64,000 nucleotides of DNA from an uncultured delta proteobacterium (GTDB taxonomy: Bacteria > Desulfobacterota > Zymogenia > Zymogenales > Zymogenaceae): assembly GCA_963792965.1 (NCBI GenBank), contig CAWBYW010000007.1:160001-224000 (forward strand), in the 5' to 3' direction. The notes under the pieces are model-generated. The model was not told the origin of the DNA. It searched no databases and saw only the letters and a list, made by a program, of their open reading frames with translations. How positions within the stretch are numbered: position 1 is the stretch's first letter; every line of letters begins with the position of its first letter. Both the position numbers and the translations under genes were made by a program. Shown piece after piece: positions 49,939-59,663 of the stretch.

Positions 49939-51264
49939 CTAATTCCTGGCCTTAAATACGAGTCTGATGGGCGTTCCCACGAAGTTGAATCGCTCCCGTA
50001 TCCGGTTTATGACATAGCGCCTGTAAGAAGGCTTTATCCCCTTGGGATAGTTGGAGAATATCAGAAATGTTGGTGGGGGTGTCCCCGTCTGGGTCACATA
50101 GTATATCTTTACTTCCTTCCCCCTGTAGACGCCCGGAGAGTAGTGCCGTTTTATATCCTCGAAAAAGGCATTTAGCTCCCCCGTACCGATCTTCCTCCGT
50201 CTGTTTTCCAGTACGGTGTCTACCGCGGCGAAAATCTGCTGGAAGTTCTTTCCGGTCAACGCCGAGGTGAAAATGATCGGGGCATAACTGATATGCGGCA
50301 GCTCTTCCTTCACCCTCTCCGCGTATTCTCGTGCGGTCTTCTCGCTCCTTGTCACGAGGTCCCATTTATTTACTACGATGACGGCCCCCTTCCCTTTGTC
50401 ATGGACGAAACCCGCGACCTTGGCGTCCTGGTCGGTCGGCCCCTCGGACGCATCAAGCATAATCAGGGCAATGTCGGCCCGATCGATGCTCTTAAAAGAC
50501 ATCAGCACGCTGAATCGTTCTATCCTTGCCAGTACCTTGCTCTTTCTCCTGATCCCCGCGGTATCAATAAGTACGTAGTCCTTCCCATTACGGGAGATAA
50601 GGGTGTCTATGGAATCTCGGGTCGTTCCGGGTATTTCGCTCACGAGCACCCGTTCATATCCTAATATCTTATTGAGGAGCGATGACTTGCCGACGTTGGG
50701 CCTGCCGACTATGGCGATCTTCTTGATATCAGCCCTCATACGCTCATCGGATGGCTCCTCGGAGAATCCGCGCGAAACGTCATCCATCAGATCGCCGATC
50801 CCGATATTATGCTCGGCGGAAATCGGATAGATCTTCTCGGCCCCGAGAGCATAGAACTCAAAGACATCATTTTCTTGTTTAGTGCTGTCCACCTTGTTGA
50901 CCACGGCGTAGATCTTTTTGTGAGCCTTGCGCAGATAATCATATATCTCTTTATCTATGGGGGACAACCCCTGGCGCGCATCCATCAGGAAAATAACAAC
51001 GTCCGCCTCGGTCACAGCAATCTCGGCCATCATGTGAATGTCTTTGGTCATTTCAGTTTCGGCACCGGGAAGGAGCCCCCCCGTATCAACGAGGAGATAC
51101 TCCTTATCGTCGTACCGAGCGTCGGCATATATTCGGTCTCTCGTCACGCCCGGCACGTCCTCGACGATTGCCCTTTCCCTCTTCAATAGTCGGTTAAAGA
51201 GGGTCGACTTACCGACATTCGGCCTCCCGACGATGGCCAGGACTTTCTTGGTGTTCATGGTCAA
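49939..51264 (-). CDS. der: Ribosome biogenesis GTPase Der/EngA
   Basis: Two GRPNVGKS G-domains, DTAGIRR, C-terminal KH-like domain. Confidence 0.96.
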   Translation of the reverse strand: MTMNTKKVLAIVGRPNVGKSTLFNRLLKRERAIVEDVPGVTRDRIYADARYDDKEYLLVDTGGLLPGAETEMTKDIHMMAEIAVTEADVVIFLMDARQGLSPIDKEIYDYLRKAHKKIYAVVNKVDSTKQENDVFEFYALGAEKIYPISAEHNIGIGDLMDDVSRGFSEEPSDERMRADIKKIAIVGRPNVGKSSLLNKILGYERVLVSEIPGTTRDSIDTLISRNGKDYVLIDTAGIRRKSKVLARIERFSVLMSFKSIDRADIALIMLDASEGPTDQDAKVAGFVHDKGKGAVIVVNKWDLVTRSEKTAREYAERVKEELPHISYAPIIFTSALTGKNFQQIFAAVDTVLENRRRKIGTGELNAFFEDIKRHYSPGVYRGKEVKIYYVTQTGTPPPTFLIFSNYPKGIKPSYRRYVINRIRERFNFVGTPIRLVFKARN

Positions 51265-51265
51265 T

Positions 51266-52159
51266 CTACTCGTACCCGAAACGTTTAATCGTCTCTTCGG
51301 TCTTGGCCCAGTCTTTCATAACCTTTACCCTGAGATCGAGGAAAACCGGTATATCAAACAGGGCCTCGATATCGAGACGGGCGTTACTTCCGATCCGCTT
51401 GATGAGGCTCCCTCCCCTGCCGATCACGATCCCCTTCTGGGATTCCTTCTCCACAAAAATGGTTGCCGATATCGACAACAGCCCCCTGTCGCCGTCCTCC
51501 TTAAACTCTTCGACCGAGACGGCCGTAGAGTAGGGGATCTCCTGACGGGTCAGGCCGAAGACCTTTTCCCTGATGATCTCGCCGACGATAGACCGCTCGC
51601 TCTGATCCGTCAGGGCGTCTTCCGGAAAATAGGGGTGACCCTCGGGAAGGAGTCCCTTGATTTCGTCGAGGAAATCGATCACTCCCTCTCCCCTCAGCGC
51701 CGAAAGGGGAATGATTGAGCTGAAGCCGTGGAGCCGGCTTGCCTCATCGATGAGCGGGAGAATCAGGGGCTTTCTTGTTATGTCGATCTTATTTATGACG
51801 AGGATTGCCGGCTTCTTGAGGGTCGTGAGTCCTTGTATAATCTCTCGATCCAGCTCATGCAGCGACGTGCGCGCCTCGATCATGACGGCGGTGATATCCG
51901 CTTCATTTTTTGCCGCCAGGGCCGTCTTGATCATGAAGCGATTGAGGCCCTTCCCTTCCGGGCCGTGGTGTATCCCTGGAGTATCAATGAAGACGATCTG
52001 ACACTCTTTGTCGGTATGGATACCCAGGATACGGTTCCGGGTAGTCTGACGCTTCTCGGATACGATCGATACCTTCTGTCCAAGGATGGAGTTAAAGAGG
52101 GTGGATTTACCGACGTTAGTCCTCCCGATTATGGCGACGAATCCCGATTTAAAGGCCAC
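51266..52159 (-). CDS. era: GTPase Era
   Basis: FKSGFVAIIGRTNVGKST, QTTRNRI, DTPG, EIPYS, VIGRGG KH motif. Confidence 0.95.
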   Translation of the reverse strand: MAFKSGFVAIIGRTNVGKSTLFNSILGQKVSIVSEKRQTTRNRILGIHTDKECQIVFIDTPGIHHGPEGKGLNRFMIKTALAAKNEADITAVMIEARTSLHELDREIIQGLTTLKKPAILVINKIDITRKPLILPLIDEASRLHGFSSIIPLSALRGEGVIDFLDEIKGLLPEGHPYFPEDALTDQSERSIVGEIIREKVFGLTRQEIPYSTAVSVEEFKEDGDRGLLSISATIFVEKESQKGIVIGRGGSLIKRIGSNARLDIEALFDIPVFLDLRVKVMKDWAKTEETIKRFGYE

Positions 52160-53171
52160 CGATTCGAACCTCCCCTCTTTTGAGCGAATCATCCCCGACG
52201 ATGGTGAAGTCCGTGTCGGGGTACCGCTCTTTCAACCGCTCGATGGTGTACCTCCGATTTCCGATAGCTCGGGACACCTCCCGCGGATGCACACGCAGTA
52301 CCACGCGCCCATGCATATTCTGGAGCCGGTCAATCGAGCTAAATAGTGCCTCAATAAGACGCGCCTCGTACACCTTGGCCCCGAGTGCCGGGTGATAAGG
52401 CCCGGCCGTAATCCGGCGCTCGAGTTCCTCGGACGGATGAAGCCCGAGCCGGATGACTGGTATGGACTCCTCTTCGAATATTCCGACGAGCCTCGCGAGC
52501 AGTGCGACGGCCCGGCTCATCTCAAGGGGAGTAAAATCACCTTCTTTATACATATCTTCAAGCTCGGTGCCGCGGATCACGACCGTCGGGTAGATCCTCA
52601 CCCCGTTGGGTGCCAGTTCTGCGACGCGATATGCGGTCTGTATCATCGTCTCTGCCGAATCTCCCGGAAGCCCCGGCATGATCTGGGCTATCCATTGGAA
52701 ATTTTCATCATTGAGGAGACGGGCGGCCCGGATCGTATCGTGAGCCGTGTGGCCACGACGTGCGCGCTGCAGGATCCGTTCATCCATCGACTGGACGCCG
52801 AGCTCGACCGTCTTAACCCCGTTTCGCCTGAGGCGATCCACTATCTGGGGCGATAGAGCGTCCGGGCGCGTGGAGATGCGAAGCGAATCAAGCCGGCCCG
52901 ATCTGATCAACTCGCTCCCGGCTTCCAGTAGCTCATCCTGTCGCCTTTCGGGGAGCGCCGTAAAGCTGCCGCCGAAAAAGGCGAGCTCTCGTTCCCCCTC
53001 CCAACTCGGCCTCGTCGCACTATAGCGGAAAACGGTCTCCTTAATAAGCTCCGGCGTAATAGTCTGATTAGTTACGCCGCTGATCGCATGCTGGTCACAA
53101 TAGATGCACCGGTGGGGACAGCCGGCAAACGGCATAAAAATAGGGATAATGAATCGCTTAAGTCTCTTCAT
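52149..53171 (-). CDS. Elp3/YhcC-like radical SAM protein
   Basis: IIPIFMPFAGCPHRCIYC, FFGGSFT, STRPD, ELGVQS. Confidence 0.88.
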   Translation of the reverse strand: MKRLKRFIIPIFMPFAGCPHRCIYCDQHAISGVTNQTITPELIKETVFRYSATRPSWEGERELAFFGGSFTALPERRQDELLEAGSELIRSGRLDSLRISTRPDALSPQIVDRLRRNGVKTVELGVQSMDERILQRARRGHTAHDTIRAARLLNDENFQWIAQIMPGLPGDSAETMIQTAYRVAELAPNGVRIYPTVVIRGTELEDMYKEGDFTPLEMSRAVALLARLVGIFEEESIPVIRLGLHPSEELERRITAGPYHPALGAKVYEARLIEALFSSIDRLQNMHGRVVLRVHPREVSRAIGNRRYTIERLKERYPDTDFTIVGDDSLKRGEVRIGGL

Positions 53172-53839
53172 CTCAAGAGCGCCTGCCGTGCCGCCTCCAT
53201 TTCCGCTTCTTTCTTGCTCCTTCCAGTCCCCCTCCCCCATTCCTCGTCTTCAACGTAGACCGCCACAAGGTAGCTCCTGTCGTGGTCAGGCCCGGTAATA
53301 TCGATCACCTCGTATCGGGGAAGGCCTCTCCCGTCTTTCTGCATCCTCTCCTGGAGGAGCGACTTGAAGTTTTTCGGGTCTATCGTTCCGTCGAGATACG
53401 CGATCTCGATAAACTGCCTCCTGATGATCGTCTCACAAGCCTCGTACCCCCCGTCCAGGAGTACTGCCCCCATGAGCGCCTCATACGCACCGGATAAGAT
53501 CGAGGCTTTTGCACTGCCACCCGCCGTTTGCTCTCCCTTGCCGAGTATAAGATGCCGCCCGAGGTCGATAGCCCTCGCTTTGATCGCGAGCGCTTCCTCA
53601 TCCACGAGCCGCGCCCTCATCTGCGTGAGCCATCCCTCGTCCTTTTGAGGGTAGCGCTCGAATAACACATGGGCCACCGCGAGATCGATTACCGCGTCCC
53701 CGAGAAATTCGAGTCGATCATTGCCGTAAATGCCCTGGCTGGCGACGGAAGACGCGTGGGTCAGGGCCTGCGACAGAAACTTCCGGTCCGCAAAGTGATA
53801 CCCGATCTCCTGTTCAATGTCATGGGCGGCGACAGCCAT
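53168..53839 (-). CDS. rnc: Ribonuclease III
   Basis: RLEFLGDAV; dsRBD with GRSKKEAE. Confidence 0.95.
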   Translation of the reverse strand: MAVAAHDIEQEIGYHFADRKFLSQALTHASSVASQGIYGNDRLEFLGDAVIDLAVAHVLFERYPQKDEGWLTQMRARLVDEEALAIKARAIDLGRHLILGKGEQTAGGSAKASILSGAYEALMGAVLLDGGYEACETIIRRQFIEIAYLDGTIDPKNFKSLLQERMQKDGRGLPRYEVIDITGPDHDRSYLVAVYVEDEEWGRGTGRSKKEAEMEAARQALLR

Positions 53840-55079
53840 ACACACCGTCTCGGAAGGCCCGATCGACGATCACGCCGACGAACCGGTTGATGTCATCGGG
53901 GCTCCCGGGCAAGTAAACCTTAAGATAATTTTCGGATTTTCCGGATACAATCCCGTCCCCACATTCCTCGATGAGGACGGTGACCTCTTTTCCATACCAT
54001 CGGTTGATATATTCTTCTTTCTTTCTTCTTCCAAGCTCACGTGCTATCCGCGCTCGCTCCTTCTTGATATCGCCGGGTACCTCTCTTTCCATCGAAAAGG
54101 CCGGTGTCCCCGGCCTCCTCGAAAAGGGGAAGACGTGAAGATAGGTGACCGGGAGACGCTCGATCAGCTCTACCGTGTGTTCAAATTCTTTTTCACCCTC
54201 ACCTGGAAAGCCCACCATCACATCGACCCCGAGGGCGGGGCCGCCGAGACGCCGGGAGGCTGCGCCGACGACCCGCTCGAATAGCGCTCCGTTATAGGGC
54301 CGTCCCATCGCGGCGAGGATCGTGTCATCCCCGCTCTGAAGTGGTATGTGGAGGTGCGGCGCAATAGCGGGACTATCTACCATGACCGAAACGAGCTCAT
54401 CGGTCAACTCCATCGGCTCTATCGAGGAAAGCCTTATACGCGCAGGAAATAGATCCAATGGAATCGACCTCAAGAGCCGTGCCAGGGAGACGGGCGAATC
54501 AAGGTCATTGCCATATCTGCCGAGGTGAATACCGACAAGGATGATCTCTCTGTATCCCCGTTCGACAAGACCTTCGACCCTTCGACGCACCTCTTCAGGC
54601 GGCACACTGCGCTCCGGACCCCTGGCGGCCGGCACGATACAGTAGGTGCAGCGCGCGTTACATCCCTGTTGAATCTTCAGGAAGGCACGCGTCCTTCCGC
54701 CACCGGGTGACGTATGCTCGGCCTGTATGGGCGCTCCAATCAGAGAAAAAACAATATCGCCGATTGTCTCGTTGAGGTGCGGAGCAATCACTGCGGAGAC
54801 GTTCACTTCTCGTCCGGTTCGGTCCGGAAACACCGTTGCCGCGCAGCCCGTAACCACGATCGGCGTGCCGGGAGATACCTTCGTTACCCTTCTGATGGCC
54901 TGTCGTGACTGATAAGCGGCGCGTCCCGTGACGACGCATGTATTGATGATCGAAACGTCCGCCGGGGCAAGGCCGTGAATAACCCTGTATCCCCGATCGG
55001 TCAGAATCTTCGTAATCTCTTCGCTGTCGGCATAGTTGACCTTACAGCCGAGTGTTATGATCGAAACGGTCGCAGTCAA
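53820..55079 (-). CDS. mtaB: tRNA t6A37 methylthiotransferase
   Basis: TLGCKVN, NTCVVT, RTRAFLKIQQGCNARCTYC. Confidence 0.93.
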   Translation of the reverse strand: MTATVSIITLGCKVNYADSEEITKILTDRGYRVIHGLAPADVSIINTCVVTGRAAYQSRQAIRRVTKVSPGTPIVVTGCAATVFPDRTGREVNVSAVIAPHLNETIGDIVFSLIGAPIQAEHTSPGGGRTRAFLKIQQGCNARCTYCIVPAARGPERSVPPEEVRRRVEGLVERGYREIILVGIHLGRYGNDLDSPVSLARLLRSIPLDLFPARIRLSSIEPMELTDELVSVMVDSPAIAPHLHIPLQSGDDTILAAMGRPYNGALFERVVGAASRRLGGPALGVDVMVGFPGEGEKEFEHTVELIERLPVTYLHVFPFSRRPGTPAFSMEREVPGDIKKERARIARELGRRKKEEYINRWYGKEVTVLIEECGDGIVSGKSENYLKVYLPGSPDDINRFVGVIVDRAFRDGVYGCRRP

Positions 55080-55173
55080 TGGATGGAGCCGATCCCACGG
55101 AAATAGTTCCTCTTAAAGCACAACCCACAATTAATTATATCCTATTTGATCAGGGATAACAACCGTGTTGCGA

Positions 55174-55659
55174 CTATTCGGACTCCATCAGCTTCTTCAG
55201 ATAGACCACCTTATCGTCGCCGTCTCGATAAAAATCAGGAAACACGGATACCACCCTGTATCCGTGTTTCTCATAGAACGACCGTGCCTTCAGGTACGGC
55301 TCCGTCGAAGAGGTGTCGACGTAGACGTGCCGGGCCGCTTTTTCTTTGAGGGCATTCTCCATCGCCGACAGGAGCAGTCTTCCGACGCCCTTTCGAGAGG
55401 TGTTTTGGTCCACACAGATCCAGTAGAGATCAAAACACCGGTCGGTAATGGGAATAGCACCGTAGCAGATATACCCGAGGAGACTTCCGTCGTCGTCTTC
55501 GGCGCAGAAGAGCTCGTAATCACGACGCTCGGGATAGATTTCCGCTTCCTCGATGACCTCGATGGCGAGATCGATCTCCTCTTCGGTAAAGGTTTCGCTT
55601 CTCTCTAATATATCGCGTATCCACGCTTTATCACGCGAGACGTAGGATCTGACGCGCAT
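55174..55659 (-). CDS. GNAT-family N-acetyltransferase
   Basis: DLYWICVD..RKGVGRLLL..ARSFYEKHGY. Confidence 0.9.
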   Translation of the reverse strand: MRVRSYVSRDKAWIRDILERSETFTEEEIDLAIEVIEEAEIYPERRDYELFCAEDDDGSLLGYICYGAIPITDRCFDLYWICVDQNTSRKGVGRLLLSAMENALKEKAARHVYVDTSSTEPYLKARSFYEKHGYRVVSVFPDFYRDGDDKVVYLKKLMESE

Positions 55660-56659
55660 CAGTTTGAGACCTCTGGGCCATAAAGTCCACCAGCTGGCCG
55701 ACCATTTCTTCATAGCGCATCCCCGACGCTACGGCCGCCGCAGGGAATCCTGCGTCGGGAGAAAGACAGGGATTCGCGTTGATCTCCAGCACGTAGATAT
55801 TGCCCTCGTTGTCTATGCGCATATCGACCCGTGCGTAATCTCTGAGCATGAAGGCGTGTGCGCATTCAATAGCCGTCTTTTCAATCCCGGCCAGCATAAA
55901 CCCCGGCAGATTCTTCGGAAACGTGCGAGGGGTGTTGTGATATTCGAAGGATTGTTTGTCCCATTTCGCCCGATAGCCGACGATCCGATACGTTTCCTTC
56001 GGGAAGTCGATGAACTCGATCTCGGCCGGGGGAAGAACCTTCGGCTCCGGATACCCGAAGACGGAGATATTGAACTCCCTCCCCTCGATATACTCCTCTA
56101 TCAGAAGGCTCCCGAAGCGAAAGGAGAAGTCGCCCAGTTTCCTGGTGAGCGACTTCCCGTCTTCAAAAACCGATTCTTGATCGATGCCGATGCTGGCGTC
56201 TTCAAAGCGCGGCTTGACGATGGCCGGGTAGCGAATGCCGTTTCGGTAGTACTTATTCAATCCGTCAAAGACGCGCCAGTTGGGCGTCTTGATGCCGCTG
56301 GTCCTGAGGAGCTGTTTGGTAACCAGTTTATCGGTCGTCATCATCAACGCTGAAGACGGCGATCCCGAAAAGGGGATACCGATGAGCTCCAACAGCGCCG
56401 CCGGGTGCCAGCCGAGCTGGGGGTTCTCGTCGACGGTTTCGCAGAGGTTAAAGACCATCTGGACCCGCTCTCGCTCAATGGTCTGGATAAACTCCTTCAC
56501 ATTTCTCGTGAACGGAATGCGAACGGGAACATGGCCCAGCTCCAGAAGGGATCTCTCGATGGCCTCCACCTGCGTGAGGACATCAAGGGACGCTTCGGAG
56601 AATTCCTCTCCGAGCGGTATGGGAACGTTATGGGCGATTCCGATAATCTTCTTATGCAT
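55631..56659 (-). CDS. Ddl-like ATP-grasp ligase B
   Basis: VFNLCE, DKLVTK, VKPRFEDASIGI, EEYIEGREF, DYARVDMR, EINANP. Confidence 0.9.
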   Translation of the reverse strand: MHKKIIGIAHNVPIPLGEEFSEASLDVLTQVEAIERSLLELGHVPVRIPFTRNVKEFIQTIERERVQMVFNLCETVDENPQLGWHPAALLELIGIPFSGSPSSALMMTTDKLVTKQLLRTSGIKTPNWRVFDGLNKYYRNGIRYPAIVKPRFEDASIGIDQESVFEDGKSLTRKLGDFSFRFGSLLIEEYIEGREFNISVFGYPEPKVLPPAEIEFIDFPKETYRIVGYRAKWDKQSFEYHNTPRTFPKNLPGFMLAGIEKTAIECAHAFMLRDYARVDMRIDNEGNIYVLEINANPCLSPDAGFPAAAVASGMRYEEMVGQLVDFMAQRSQTDARQILRLA

Positions 56660-57662
56660 GTGCGGCACCTATTCGATAGTCATCCTGGACGGAGACCCGG
56701 CTCATCGCCGAGGATATAATCATTTCGATCAGCTCTCTGTAACTGATGCCGACCAGTGAGGCGATGATGCAGAGGTCGGAGCGATCGGGGTTGATTCCCG
56801 CCAGCGGATTGACCTCGATGAAATTGGGTACGCCCGATTCGTCGCACCGCAGGTCAAGCCTGCCCGCGTCCCTGCACCCGAGGCCACGCCACGAGGCAAG
56901 CGCAACACGCTCGGCCGCTTTGGCCGTCTCATCGTCGACAAGCCTGTAGTTGACGAGGTCCTCGTATTTTTCTTTATTCAGGTACGAGTAGACATCGGGC
57001 TCGGCCTTGGTTTTCAGCAGGACTTCTATCGTCCCTATGGCGCGCGCCTCGTCACCCGTGCCCACAATCCCGACGGTAAACTCCCTGCCGGGAAGGAATC
57101 GTTCGACCAACGCGGGTTGATGGTAGGTCTCAAGGAGCTTTCTGGTGACGTTGGCCAGCTCAATGGGCGTCCCTACCTTCGAGGTAGAGTCAAGCCCCTT
57201 CCCCGAGCCCTCGGCCACCGGTTTTGCCAGCAGCGGATACGCCAGATCGATTCCCTCTATATCCTTTGTCGTCTCAACCACCTTGAAGTCCGCAGTTGGG
57301 ATCCCAATGTCCCTGATGACATGTTTAGTCATCCCTTTGTGGAGGGTGAGTGACAGGACAAGCGCATCGGAGAACGTGTAGGGGATGTCGTAGGCATCAA
57401 GAAGCGCGGGAACCTGCGCTTCCCGACCGTATCCCCGTATGCCTTCGGCGATGTTGAAGACGAGATCCCATTTGTCTCCGGCCGCGAGCCGTGTCGCCAG
57501 ATTCTTAATATTTCCGATTCGGTCGGTAACGTGCCCCAGCTCCCGCAGCGTCCCATCAATCGCCTCGATGGTTACGGGGCTGTCAAATTCGGCCGTCTCC
57601 TCCTCGCCCATCCCCTGGGAGAGGTAGTATTGTCTCAGATCGTAGGTTATGCCTATTTTCAT
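56652..57662 (-). CDS. Ddl-like ATP-grasp ligase A
   Basis: VFNIAEG, REAQVP, AKPVAEGSGKG, FLPGREFTV, DAGRLDLR, EVNPLAG. Confidence 0.9.
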   Translation of the reverse strand: MKIGITYDLRQYYLSQGMGEEETAEFDSPVTIEAIDGTLRELGHVTDRIGNIKNLATRLAAGDKWDLVFNIAEGIRGYGREAQVPALLDAYDIPYTFSDALVLSLTLHKGMTKHVIRDIGIPTADFKVVETTKDIEGIDLAYPLLAKPVAEGSGKGLDSTSKVGTPIELANVTRKLLETYHQPALVERFLPGREFTVGIVGTGDEARAIGTIEVLLKTKAEPDVYSYLNKEKYEDLVNYRLVDDETAKAAERVALASWRGLGCRDAGRLDLRCDESGVPNFIEVNPLAGINPDRSDLCIIASLVGISYRELIEMIISSAMSRVSVQDDYRIGAAHA

Positions 57663-57752
57663 GGTATCGTCCTTTCTTATCTCGGTTTTACACCGTTTCG
57701 TTTTTTCTTGCTCGGGTCTGCCGACCAAGCGGCGGCCCACACCTCTATCGTC

Positions 57753-58325
57753 TTACACATCGTAGAGATGAAGGCCGGGCGGAGCCAGACGCCCGCTCGG
57801 GACGAAACGAAGCCTCGATAAAAAAGGGACCAATCTTACGGGTAGCGCTCGATAAGGCGAAAGCCGGCGCAAACACACGACATAACGACTTATCCGAGGC
57901 TCTTCCCCCATGGGGGCAGGAATGTGCACATCGACCAACGATTCCGTTGCCGGCGAGACATTAGCTGTCCTGAAGACAAAGCCTCCGGTGCCAGTAATCT
58001 GCAATGATTGTGCAGGGTTACGGCGATACAGGCCGCATGCCGAGGGAGGACGTTCGTCATCTTCGTCAAAGAGGGAACAAGAATCCCCTCTCTGTCCGAT
58101 CAGATGGGCCGTGCTCTGAGAAAGCCGCGCGATCGGAGAAGATAACGAATAATGTCCTTTCTTTTGATTTCTGAGAAACGGGTGGATTTTGGGAAAAGGA
58201 TTCCGGGCACGCTGAGAATCATGAGAAGCGAGAGATTTTGTTTTTTCGTAGCCGTCTGAGTCTGCATTTCGGCTACAATTGGAGGGAGGTTCGACCTCCT
58301 CAGTGAGCGAAAAGCTTTTTTGCAT
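57753..58325 (-). CDS. Hypothetical, apparently disordered protein with repeated acidic-PPS-x-C motifs, 190 aa
   Basis: RBS AGGGGG; EEVEPPSNC and EDDERPPSAC; first ORF before the ATP-grasp genes. Confidence 0.5.
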   Translation of the reverse strand: MQKSFSLTEEVEPPSNCSRNADSDGYEKTKSLASHDSQRARNPFPKIHPFLRNQKKGHYSLSSPIARLSQSTAHLIGQRGDSCSLFDEDDERPPSACGLYRRNPAQSLQITGTGGFVFRTANVSPATESLVDVHIPAPMGEEPRISRYVVCLRRLSPYRALPVRLVPFLSRLRFVPSGRLAPPGLHLYDV

Positions 58326-58413
58326 GCTATCCCCCTATGTGTTGCCGTAGGTACATTGGAGAAAATCGTCTATGATCATGGAACGATCGTCCTTATGTAT
58401 CGTAGTTGAGGAA

Positions 58414-58481
58414 AATATAACATACTATTTCAAAAAAGCAAGCAAGTAATAACTTTTTTTTTACTTTTTTTTACTTTTTTT
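58414..58481 (-). promoter_or_regulatory. Promoter with phased A-tracts
   Basis: TTGCTT-N16-TATATT with extended TG; three A7-9 tracts about 10 bp apart upstream. Confidence 0.6.
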
Positions 58482-58651
58482 GTGGGCCTTTTGGAGCGCC
58501 TTTTCGGGTGTTTCGACGGTACGCCGCGCCATTTTTCGGCCGGAGATACGATCCGGGACCGAATTCCTCCCTCTGATCCAGCGCCGAGACACGTCTCGCG
58601 CCTCGGGAAGCTGAAGAGCATATCCCCATCACGCAAAGGAATCGCCCTCTC

Positions 58652-59059
58652 TTACTCGATCCGTACCTCCATGGCGTGAGGCGGGCACGCCGGCACACAG
58701 AGCTCACAACCGCTGCACATCTCGGAATCGAAGACGACTTCCATCGTATCACGCTTGATCGACAGCGACCCGGTCGGGCAGATGGCCGTACAGGCGCCGC
58801 AGTGGGTGCATTTCTCCTCATCCCGTTTGATATCCTGCTCGATCGGCTTAATCGTCACGCCGGAATCCTTCAGGTATTGGATGCCCGCCCGACAATCGAT
58901 TTGTTCCCCCTCGAGCTCCAGGACCATGAAGCTTTCCCTCTTGGGAAGGACGTTTGCCTTGAGGATATTGGGGATCAGGTTGTAGTCTTTGATGAGCCGG
59001 TAAATGATCGGTTTATCCCAGATCTCCCTCGAAAAATGGAGCACTATCTTTTTCTTCAT
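58652..59059 (-). CDS. NIL domain plus 2x[4Fe-4S] ferredoxin protein
   Basis: KPIIYRLIKDYNL..NILKA; CTHCGACTAICP and CSGCELCVPACP. Confidence 0.92.
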   Translation of the reverse strand: MKKKIVLHFSREIWDKPIIYRLIKDYNLIPNILKANVLPKRESFMVLELEGEQIDCRAGIQYLKDSGVTIKPIEQDIKRDEEKCTHCGACTAICPTGSLSIKRDTMEVVFDSEMCSGCELCVPACPPHAMEVRIE

Positions 59060-59207
59060 ACGTCAATCCTTTGATGTTATCATTACAAGTTTAATACACT
59101 TTAGGAGTTTCTTCAAGATATTTATTGGAGCAAGCCGCCAATAAATATTTCGCATTCAGACCCAGTTGTGGTATGATTCACAAAATTGTCAAGACACGGG
59201 AGCAAAC

Positions 59208-59663
59208 ATGAAAAAGATCGTCGCTTTTTTTGTCTGCCTGTTAGTTGTGGCTTCATTTCTGATGAGCGATGCGCTCTCCGTCGGCATTACCCAGAAGACC
59301 TTTACCGTCTCCGTGCCAAAAGACTACCGGACTCCGGAACCCTATAAGGCCGAGTTTGTCGTTCCCGATGGGATGATAGCCTTCAACTTCACCGTGTGGG
59401 GGGCCGGAAAGCCCTGGGGGATTACCGACATGTCCGGCGGGAAAAATAGGGAGATCTATTCGTCGAGGAATTCAGGGCTCGCCGGTGACTTGCCGGCTGG
59501 CGACGCTGAGTCTTCAGAGAAAGTAGAAAACCCTTCCGGTGGCGAGACGGGATTTGACTCGTTGTCGAGTATCTCCCTCAATCCGGGAACGTATATCATC
59601 TGGACAGAGGGAGGCCCGGGGAGCTCCATAACGCTACAGTATCTTCTGCAGGCAATACGATAA
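59208..59663 (+). CDS. Hypothetical exported protein
   Basis: Signal peptide MKKIVAFFVCLLVVAS; RBS GGGAG. Confidence 0.75.
   Translation: MKKIVAFFVCLLVVASFLMSDALSVGITQKTFTVSVPKDYRTPEPYKAEFVVPDGMIAFNFTVWGAGKPWGITDMSGGKNREIYSSRNSGLAGDLPAGDAESSEKVENPSGGETGFDSLSSISLNPGTYIIWTEGGPGSSITLQYLLQAIR

Noticed and set aside
55631-57662. Glycopeptide-resistance (Van) or housekeeping ddl call
   Set aside because: No vanH/vanX/vanRS or mur/fts context; the VanZ-family gene is ~28 kb away; the N-termini differ from canonical Ddl.
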